The position numbers and the translations under genes were made by a program. From assembly GCA_038496445.1 (NCBI GenBank), contig JALMLS010000044.1:1-48781 (forward strand): a stretch of DNA of 48,781 bases, read 5' to 3'. The first letter of the stretch is position 1; each line of letters opens with the position of its first letter. The notes under the pieces are model-generated. The model was not told the origin of the DNA, did no database searches, and saw only the letters and a list, made by a program, of their open reading frames with translations. Positions 10,548 through 20,173 of this stretch are shown one piece after another. Source of the DNA: Trichosphaerium sp. ATCC 40318. Taxonomy: Eukaryota; Protista; Tubulinea.

Positions 10548-13500
10548 ATGGGGAATCAACCAGGTTCTGAGGACCTCAGTCCAGAGGAGCTTCGCAAACG
10601 CGAAATTAACAAGATGGACTCGGAAATGAGGAGAAAATTAAATAAGGGCGCCCAATACAACCGTACGGTGTTATCAGCGCGTATTGAATGTATAAAGGCT
10701 TACTTACGTTTAATAGTTAAAGTACTAATACGAGGCGATCGAAATACAGGCAAATCATGCCTACTGAAGCGCTTATCAGGAGGTGGCTTTATAGAGGAAT
10801 ACCTGCCAACGTCAAAAATTCAGATCAGTCATATACACTGGAACTACAAGGGTACACCTCTATTATAACGAATTGAATGCATAACGCCTGTAAAGTGACA
10901 TTTAAGACACTTTTTCCGCTATTGCTTTCTAGCTACTTTTCTTCCTATTTACCTCATATAGTAACAAATGCAGTTGTTAAAGTAGAAGTATGGGATGTAG
11001 TTGACTCTGGTACGTTATTGCGCAATTTTTCCACAACATTATTTTACGCCATCATGTCCTCCGTTAAACGCGATGGAGACTACTCTGAGACGTTTTTTTT
11101 GTTTTCTTGCTTTAAAATTTTTTCAACGCCTAACACTGTCCTTAGCCCGCAAACTGGGTGGAAAACGTTCATCTCAGACGCTAAAACTAAAAAATAATGG
11201 AGAAGGCACGTGTTTATTCGTCAAAAAAAAAGACAAATGCCAAATTTGTGCTGTTTGTTGTAATGACCGCTTTATAGAGTTAGAAATCCCTACGCCTTCT
11301 TCTGTAGATCCTGATGGACAGTTAAAGACAGGTAGCCATACATTAGAGTTAGATGCCTCTACTATAGATGTCATGAAAGGTAAAGAAACAAAAGAAGACA
11401 ATTTTTTTACTGACAAGAGTAACTACGTAGGAACTCATGCAGTTATTCTTATATTTGATCCATTAAAATCATGGACTTGGGATTATGTAAAAAGAGAGAT
11501 TGATAAAATCCCAGCAGATATGCCATCGCTAATACTCGTACGTCGTTTCTTCTGATAAAATTAAGAATTAGTGCAAAGAAAAAAAGAATTTTGTTACCTC
11601 CCTCAGTAATATTGGTTGTAGGCAAATTACAGAGATCGTGGCGTCGAACATCGTAATGTATCTATTTCAGAAATACAAGATTATGTAGAATTTTCTGTAC
11701 GTGAGGGTTGACATTTTAATCTAAAGCTGATTGGTTTTGTGGCTTATCAATATTAATTTTTACCTTTGCAGGATAAAAATGTCACTTACTTTGAAGCATC
11801 TATGAGCGATTGTTTTGGACTAAAGGGTGTCAAATCATTCTTGAACCTCCCATTCTTAAAATTACAGGCATGTCTTCGTCATAAAAACAGCAAATATGTT
11901 CCTTTCTGTACAACAAAGCACACTTTTCTTATTTCGTACATCACTTCTCGTGCTTATCGGTGAAAACCTTTTGGTCTTTAACAATACTTAAGCTAACAAC
12001 TGATTAGAAAGACACATACTTAGCTCATTTAAAGCGAAACGAGGAAGAGACAGCCAAAGTAAATGAGGAATTAGAATATCTAAGAGATGCTCATGATTAC
12101 GAACGGTACACCTATTTACTTTACTACCATCCATACAGTCAACAACCCCAAAAGTTTCTGCCATTTGTTACAAGCTGTATAACCCTTTCTTCTTCGAAAA
12201 CACCCTAATGAGGCAATTGAGTTGCCTTATCTACAACAGAACTTGGATTTATTGACAATACTAAATTGCGTTTTAAGGTATACATCATGGCTAGCGTCTC
12301 TCAAGAACTCAAAGCGTTCCTCCCCTGTTCCAGCACAAAGACAAGAACCTCCAAAAAACATACCTCAAACCAATGGAAACAGTGCATCATCTCCAAAAAC
12401 AATGGCTTCTTCCATTCCCGTTTCTGTAAGTTTTTGCTTTGGCTAAGAATTTCTAAACTTGACGATCCTCTCATACCTTTATTAGACTTCTAGCGCGCAG
12501 TCAAGAACGCCCAATACTCCTACTAAAGATGCTAGAGTATCTACACCTGAGTCTAAATCGACTATGCCTCAAAGACAGTCGTATGTTGCGACAGCAAAGA
12601 AAAATTCTAGAGGTGCAGCAAAAGTTACTGTTGAGAATGATAAAGGTCCTTCAACTCGTACAGCCCTTCCTTAACACCATATTTTATACTTACGTATCAT
12701 TAGAAGTAAACAAACCTACACCTAAACCGAAACCGGCACCAAAGAAAAAAGAACCAGAAAAGAAAGACAAGAAAGGACCAGGATTGTTCAGCAGAATGTT
12801 TAACCGTAGAGGTTCTGGTGGAGCTGTAAAGTCTTCGGAGAAGAAAAATAATCAAGACGTTGTTGCACAACTTGAAAAAATGCGTGTAACTGGTGCACCT
12901 AACGGCGTTACATCAGTGGATGACTTTGTCCCAGGAGGTAAAGAAGCATTGTTAAAAAAAGCCTAAACAAAAAAGTATGTTAATTTTTTGTTCATTTAAG
13001 GTGCCATTGATGAGGGATTCTTTGATGCTCCTGATCTTGATGAAGATGCTTTAATGAATGACGGACATGATGAAGATGAAGATTATGATGTATGTGCTCA
13101 GTGCAGCAATTTATTTTAGTTCGTTTTTAGAACAAACAAACAATCCTAAGTTTATACCTTGTTAGGAAAATCCACTCGTCATGGGTGCAGAGGATGTAGA
13201 TTTTGAAGATGAAGAATCACTTGAAGCTGGAACACATATGGAACGTCCTCCACCACCTACAAAAAGTATGCTATCTGAATCAAGTCATTTTTCCCTCATT
13301 GAATGTTTGTATTTTAGAAGCTTCTGCAGTAATGCAAGATGAAGATTACCCTTCAGAATCTGATGAACGTGTTATTAATGATGACAGTGATGAATCAGTT
13401 GGACCTAATCCTATGTTGGCTGGTGGTGAGATGCCTGAAGATAGCGATGATGATACTCCTAATCCTATGTTGGCAACAGAAGAGATGCCTGAAGATGATT

Positions 13501-14710
13501 ACGGTGAAGAAACAAGTAGTCCTAACCCAATGTTGGCAGTTGATGAGATGCCTGAAGACAGCGATGATGATACTCCTAATCCTATGTTGGCAGCAGAGGA
13601 AATGCCAAAAGACGCTAATGATAGTGATAACGAAACAGCTAATCCAATGCTATCAAATGAAGAAATGCCAAATTTCAGTGATGACGATGATACTCCAAAT
13701 GCGATGTTGGCAAAAGAACAAGAGATGCCTGAAGATGACGATGACAGCGATAACAAAACACCTAATACTGTGGTATCAAAAGAAGAATTGCCTGAAGATG
13801 ACACCAAGACTGAAAGTGTTCATGTTGTGAAGGATGAAGGGTATGATGAAGGTGATGAACAGGAAGAACAAAGTGGTAAGAACCCAATGTTAACAACAGA
13901 AGAAATGCCTGATTTCAGCGATGATGATGAACCTCTTGATGTAAATACATCTAGCGAAGTCTTAAAGCCTTCTGTGGCACCTACAAACACAATTAAAGAT
14001 ACACCAGTGGTACCTAGACCCGCCCAAAGCGATACACTTCAACCACAAAGAGTAGACACGAAAGTTTCGGTGCGTTTGTCAAAATCTAGGACAAAAAACA
14101 TCGTTTACATCTTTCATCCGGAACTACTCGTATATTAACTTTTTCTTCAAATAAAGGAAGATCCACGTGCTACAATAAGTCAACCAAGAACAAATTCACA
14201 AGCACAACAACCCAGAAGAAAGAAATCAAGTAAGCCTGTTGGCATCTTTTTTATTAATGGTTTCTTACTCTATCCCTAGATGGACTTATGCTTGAACACT
14301 CATCTCCAGGAAACGTCCGACGACCTGTTAACCAAAATCGTCCTTCTAATGAATACCAACAAATGGTACGTGAACATAAACTTCCGAACAGCCCACGCTT
14401 TTCAGTTCTCTATGTATTTTATTATCTACGTGTAACATTCAACGTAGCGTAATCCTAATACTCCGCCACAACAACGTGATAGAGAAAGAAGACGTGGTAG
14501 AGGAAGAGGCGGAAGAGGCCGTGGAAGAGGTCGTGGTAGACGAAGGGGCAGAGGACGAGGTGGAAGTCCTAGACAACCTGAAAGAGTTGTTCGTTCAGAA
14601 TCTAGTATGTGTTAAAAAAGAGGAGTAGTTTCTCAAAAAAACAAGAAATATCGTAGCTAATATCTTTACTATCATTAGGTCAGGACATTGATATCTCTGG
14701 ATTCTCTTAG
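10548..14710 (+). CDS. RABL6: Rab-like protein 6 (RBEL1/PARF) with long acidic and basic low-complexity tail
   Basis: KGAQYN/KVLIRGDRNTGKSCL, FIEEYLPT..IQISHIHWNYK, VVKVEVWDVVD, LDASTIDVMKG, IFDPLKSWTWDYV, YFEASM.DCFGLK..FLNLPFLKLQ and SVDDFVPG are all RABL6 family motifs. The N-terminus MGNQPGS is myristoylation-like. Confidence 0.92.
13400..13930 (+). repeat. Coding tandem repeat in RABL6: NPML(A)xEEMPEDSDDDT, about 7-8 copies
   Basis: Repeated cctaatcctatgttggca..gagatgcctgaagatagcgatgatgatact units of about 54-66 nt. Confidence 0.9.
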
Positions 14711-15378
14711 AATGAAGCAGAAAAAAAAGAAAGAAACAAAGAAGATTACAAGCTGATAATGAATCCAGTTTTTTTATTAATTTTTATTTTCGGTTTTACA
14801 TAGTGACCCCTTTCCTGCTTTCCTCATTGAAACAAGACAAAATAGTTATGCGGAGTATAACACGTCGTCTTGTTGTAATTTAAAAAACAGCGCACTCTTG
14901 TAGTGTATTATAAATAGCCTCCAATTGCTTAAATGTGTTAAAACTAAATGCAACGCTAAAGTAATTATGTCACATGTGGTAATAACACAAAAACATTATG
15001 CTCCAAATCAGCGTCAAAATGGTATTAGCACAACATACTAAATGGTTGCTATTCTTTCTGCAATGTTGGGTCAAGTTACGTTTTTGTTTATCAGTTTTTG
15101 TGTGGCTCGGTATCCACTAAATTATGATGTATGTATACCAAGAATTAAAAAGAGACCAAGGATAACAGATGCGCTGCGTTCACACAAAATCAAATCTCTG
15201 TGAAGGTTAAAAAAACAGAAAATTCACTGAGAAACACAAAGTTAGATAAGTCGCCGCTAGTCATTAATTTCCTAATTTGTGTTGGAAACTACATAACCGA
15301 AGCGCTTCGGCTTGCTATTTAAGACATTATATACAAAGTGCCAACGTTTTTGACGATAGTTTTGATCAATACAACAAA

Positions 15379-17070
15379 ATGAACCAAGCCACCGCATACT
15401 TTGACGAAATACCCATTGAAGTCGCTGTAATGATACTACAATATCTTCCGGTAATACTATTTGACTCAATAGTGCATACATCAAAGCTATTTGCTGAAGT
15501 ACTACGATACTTGGGATACAGAACAAAAATAAAGAAAGTGACACTAACAAAGAGGAAACAACTAAAAAAACTCTTTGAGGAAGCACCCTACCTTATAAAA
15601 AAATGCGAGATTGTAATAGCCTTCGATGATTTTCAACAAGAAGACTTGCTAAAGTATCTCTCAGAAGTATACATCCTAAACATTTTTACAAAAAAAATAG
15701 ATAACTTGAATTGTTCAAAAGTTAACATCACACATGGTATCACCTTTAACAATATTCCTGTCAGTGATAGACGACTTAAACGGTTAAGAGGATTACATAC
15801 GATAAGGCTGAGCGGATGTTCTGTTTGTTTAAAAGGCATGAAACACTTGGCAGGTACTAAAACAGTTGACCTTTCAAATGCTGTTATTTATAGAAGGTTG
15901 GAAATACACAGCGGTGTTGAGCCACCAAAGCCACTTATATATAATAAAGGTGTTATACTATTAGCAGGAGTGCACACCATAGACTTATCACATACTAAAG
16001 TAACTGATAAGGGCATCATACCACTTGCTGGAGTTCATAGTATTAACCTTAACTACACGAAAATAACTGACAAAGGCGTAAAAGCACTTGCTGGAGTTCA
16101 TACTATTTACCTTGCTCACACGAAAATAACTGATGAAGGTATCAAAGTACTTGCTGGTGTTCATACTATTCAACTTTCCCATACAAAAGTAACTGATGAG
16201 GGTATCAAAGAGCTTGCTGGAGTTCATACTATTAAACTTTGTGCCACTAGTGTGACTGATGAAGGTATTAAAGCACTGAAGGGTGTCCATGATATAAGTT
16301 TATTTGTGTGTCAGATGGTGACAGATGAAGGTATAAAAGCGTTGGCAGGTGATAAAGGTGGTAAAGTATTAGGAGTTCATACCATAAACTTATCACACAC
16401 TAAAGTAACAGATGAAGGTGTAAAAGCATTGGCAGGTGTTCACGAAATTCAGCTCACTAAGACTTCTGTAACAGATGCAAGTGTCGCTGGATTAGCAGGT
16501 GTTCATTCAATTGATCTTTCAAATACTGTAGTTACAGATAAAAGTATTAAAGCTCTGGCAGGAGTTCATACCATAAACTTATCACACACCGAAGTAACAG
16601 ATGAAGGTGTAAAAGCATTGGCAGGTGTTTATGAAATTCAGCTCACTAAGACTTATGTAACAGATGAAGGTGTAAAAGCATTGGCAGGTGTACATAAAAT
16701 TAATCTCACTGGAACTCACGTGAAGGATGAAGGTGTAAAAGCATTGGCAGGTGTTCATACAATTGATCTCACATGCACTCAAGTGACAGACGAAGGTGTA
16801 AAAGCGTTAGCAGGTGATAAAGGTGGTAAAGTATTAGTTCATACCATAAACTTATCGCACACTAAAGTAACAGATGAAGGTGTAAAAGCGTTGGCAGGTG
16901 TTCATACAATTGATCTATCAAGTTCATACAATGTATCAAATGAAGGTGTCAAAGCACTAATAGGCGTCCACACCATTGATGTGTCGTCCACTAAAGTGAA
17001 TGATCCAAATATTGAAGCAATAGCTCAAGCTTATTCAGTAAAGCCACCGCTAATTCAAACTTCCAAATAA
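15379..17070 (+). CDS. Intronless F-box/LRR protein with 16 regular 22-aa LRRs
   Basis: YFDEIPIEVAVMILQYLP..TSKLFAEV F-box, then a 66-bp repeat array (LAGVHTINLSHTKVTDEGVKA). The ATG at 15379 is shared with the paralog starting at 35715. Confidence 0.92.
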   Translation: MNQATAYFDEIPIEVAVMILQYLPVILFDSIVHTSKLFAEVLRYLGYRTKIKKVTLTKRKQLKKLFEEAPYLIKKCEIVIAFDDFQQEDLLKYLSEVYILNIFTKKIDNLNCSKVNITHGITFNNIPVSDRRLKRLRGLHTIRLSGCSVCLKGMKHLAGTKTVDLSNAVIYRRLEIHSGVEPPKPLIYNKGVILLAGVHTIDLSHTKVTDKGIIPLAGVHSINLNYTKITDKGVKALAGVHTIYLAHTKITDEGIKVLAGVHTIQLSHTKVTDEGIKELAGVHTIKLCATSVTDEGIKALKGVHDISLFVCQMVTDEGIKALAGDKGGKVLGVHTINLSHTKVTDEGVKALAGVHEIQLTKTSVTDASVAGLAGVHSIDLSNTVVTDKSIKALAGVHTINLSHTEVTDEGVKALAGVYEIQLTKTYVTDEGVKALAGVHKINLTGTHVKDEGVKALAGVHTIDLTCTQVTDEGVKALAGDKGGKVLVHTINLSHTKVTDEGVKALAGVHTIDLSSSYNVSNEGVKALIGVHTIDVSSTKVNDPNIEAIAQAYSVKPPLIQTSK

Positions 17071-17260
17071 AAAAACCCCAGGTTTACTAGTTGATGCCAC
17101 TTTCCTTGTGCACGTTTTTATCTTTGTAAGAAATATACTTCAATGTTCTATTAGCACACGTGATATTTTTCTTTTACAGCTTTTACTCTTGCAAGGCAAC
17201 ACATCGGACTATCAAAATGTTCACAATAGCAAAAATAAAACTTAAGGTAGTACTAAGCAT

Positions 17261-17622
17261 TAGTGATGTTAAACAGTCGACTGTTGACTGACTGACTAAA
17301 AAGTCTACTCAAAATTTTTGGCATCGACTGACTAAGCGACTTTAAATGGCCTCAATTTCAGAAAAAACTAGGAAAAATACATCGCCTAAGCGCTCTATTT
17401 GCATCATATTGGTGTGACATGTTACCATTCACTCTGTGTTGGTGCTGTGATGCTTGTAGCGTATTATCACAAAAAACTCATTTTTGTACAAAATTAGAAA
17501 TTAGAATTTTGGAAGGCTCAAAGGGAGTAAGTACCCTTTGACGTTCAAGTCGGAAAGTCAGTCGTTGAGTCAGCCGAAATTTTTTGAGCGACTCAGTCGA
17601 AGTCAGTCATTTAAAATCACTA
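17261..17622. mobile_element. Non-autonomous hAT-like DNA transposon (MITE), 362 bp
   Basis: Perfect 8-bp target-site duplication CTAAGCAT (17253-17260 and 17623-17630). TIRs are TAGTGATGTTAAA / TTTAAAATCACTA, with subterminal GACT/AGTC-rich inverted motifs. An 8-bp TSD with a TAGNG start fits the hAT superfamily. Confidence 0.88.
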
Positions 17623-17733
17623 CTAAGCATCACAATGTTAAGTTCAGCGAAAAAGCAAAAAATCAAATTTATTGTTGCTAGTCACAAGCATACAGCTTTG
17701 ATTTGAGATATCTTAGTGTGAAAAACCGTTCAA

Positions 17734-19600
17734 TCAGTGATAGAATCTTGTTTTAAAACCTATCAATATAAGCGCAACAACGGTAGTAAATACTACATCT
17801 ATCGTTAGAACTGTACTACCACTTGAATGAGCTGAACAAGGAGTATAAAATAGCAGAATTAAACGCCTACGTGTGTCTTATACTAGTGTTAGAAACAAAC
17901 TGATGTCAATTGGTCGAACTTAAACGCACTCTTTTGAAAGCATGCATTGGTTGTATCTGTAAGTGACACATTCTTTGTATCAATCTCACAATCCCTTCCG
18001 TAGTTTATCAATGTCAGCGATTTGCTTTGCTTCAATAGGACAAGGTTAGTTTTACAACCAACAGGCAACATTGACATACTTGTGCAAGTGCAGCTGTCAC
18101 ATCAATTACAATGTTCTTCTCAAAAATAGGACATCCTTCTATTGTGATGGAAGAATTCGAATCAACCACAATCACTGAGTTCTCTAAAAATAGAATATCT
18201 CCTGAAAAAGTTCTATTAAGGTCACTTCAAATAAATGACATAGCACTGTAAATAAAACCGTATGTACCAGGTGCTGTAAAGGTTGTTTCCACCAAAGAAA
18301 ACGTGCCACCAATTACCACTGTATCGTTTGACTGAGGTACTGTAGAAGGCTCGATAGTTGGCGCACTGGTGGTTGGGGGAAGAGTTGGTAAGCTACCCTG
18401 AGGAGGTGTGCTAGCTGACGTAAGATACAACTTATCTAACTTGATAAAAAGGGTGGGTACACAATATTAGGTAAGTATTCACCCAATCTGCCGATCAATT
18501 CAGTTGTGATATTGCTCTTTGCTGATACGACTGGATCAAACCCTGATTCGAAATCAAAGTAATAAAGAAGGTTGGGATCATCAATCGGTGGATTTGAAGC
18601 GATATCGATGACTTCTTGTGAAGAGAAAGTCCTTTAAAATCCGAAATCAATAAAAAACCAAAAGAGTACTCGCTGTTGTACTTACTTGTTCCATATCCTC
18701 AATTCATCCATTTCTCCCTAATAAACGGTAAGTTATTAGATTATATTTTAGGTTTAGGTTACCCTGAATCCCCACTGTCCTCGGTTTAGCCTTGTTAGAA
18801 AACCAATCGTGAAAAAGCCCTTTTCAAATTCTATTTAACCTTATAACTAAACATGAAAAGTGTTACCTGCTCTGATCGTATCAAAGGTTCTTTAACATCA
18901 TATTCTCCTCTGTAATCATTCTCACCAAGATATGATTGTAAAATAACCTTACCGGTTGAAGCACGTGCAAAGTAGACATAAGTCTAGAAACAACAACTGT
19001 CATAACTACATTATTGTATATTTTAGTACATACCCATGCCATCGGCTTGGCTCTTGCATCTCTGGTTTCATTAAAATCAAATGGTTGTGTATCAAAATTG
19101 GACTCATTTATGTATCTTTCAAAGGTGACTTGTTCCTTTGACTTTGTGATTATAGATGAGCCTATGCCAAAGAAGAGTCCTTTACCATCTCCTGGACCAC
19201 CATGCGATGTTCCGAATATTGTAAAAATAAGACAAGGTCCAGCACAACCGCTTTTATAATGTCATCAATACGTTACACCAGTTTTTGACTTTGGACGTAC
19301 GTGTTTTGAAGTTTGATCCAAGCACCAACAGATAGATCGTCGTAATCGCGAAAATCTTCATTGTTTACCTTGATACCGCCACTTGTGTCAGCTGTGTCTG
19401 CATTACCTGTAAAGGCGGCTAAATTGCCTGAGGGTAAACCTACTCGACAATTTGGTTAATTTTTGAGTAAGCAACTTGTTTTCGACCACGTGTCGAAACC
19501 ACGAGTACGTTTTGACTAGAAAAGTATGGGTTTGCCACGTACCAAGTGTTTTAGATAATAAAAACAACAAAACAAGTGCTTGCGTCATATAATTTAGCAT
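17734..19600 (-). CDS. Cell-surface protein A: signal peptide, LamG/ConA-like domain, Pro/Thr linker, Cys-containing domain, hydrophobic C-terminus
   Basis: MLNYMTQALVLLFLLS; DDLSVGAWIKL; GEMDELRIWK/N-type motif; LLYYFDFE; PPTTSAPT linker. The 3' exon structure is less certain. Confidence 0.72.
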
Positions 19601-19816
19601 CTTTAGTTTCTACAACTTGATTGGGCGCGTATGTTAATTTTGACTTGAACCGGACAATAACTTTTCGTAAATACTTGCTCGTCACATTACGTGTTTTTAT
19701 TGTGTTTTAGTTTTATTACGTAATAAAACATAATCGAACTTTTTAGCTAATTGGTTTTTGTTGTGTAAAATTATTTTTGAGCACCACGATATGTAAGAAA
19801 AGTAAAAGGAAAATTT

Positions 19817-20013
19817 GGAAGTTTGGAAATCTGGAAGAAATCTGGATGTAAAAGGAAGGAATGTGCTTTTTCTCACCACACCATCAATAATGTTCCACAA
19901 AATCTTCCCATTGAGCACCGGGGTGCTATTGCCCGTGTTCTGCGACTGAGGACTAATTTGTTGATGGTGGGGAGGAAAAGCACTCCTTTTACTTCCAGAT
20001 TTCAAAACTTCCC
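19817..20013. repeat. Long imperfect inverted repeat (foldback)
   Basis: ggaagtttggaaatctggaag..taaaagga..gtgctttttctcaccacaccatcaa pairs with ttgatggtggggaggaaaagcactccttttacttccagatttcaaaacttcc. Central agcacc-gg-ggtgct. Confidence 0.85.
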
Positions 20014-20173
20014 ATTCCCGTAATCTCGCTCGTCAACTATGCTCTCACCTTAATGGAAAAAGGAAATACCATGTCGCTGTCGCTCGCGCATATCTGGATA
20101 CCAAGAGTATCTACTAGGTGTACACCGACTTTATGATTCATAAAAAGACCACCATTGTTTTAAGTAATACTGT

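Noticed and set aside
13339-13830. Overlapping ORFs 13339-13830 (+) and 13499-13807 (-), and antisense ORFs over the LRR genes
   Set aside because: These are shadow frames of repetitive coding sequence.
15900-17000. 66-bp periodic array as a CRISPR array or DGR target
   Set aside because: It is an in-frame coding LRR. There is no cas gene, reverse transcriptase or template repeat, and the variation is not adenine-specific.
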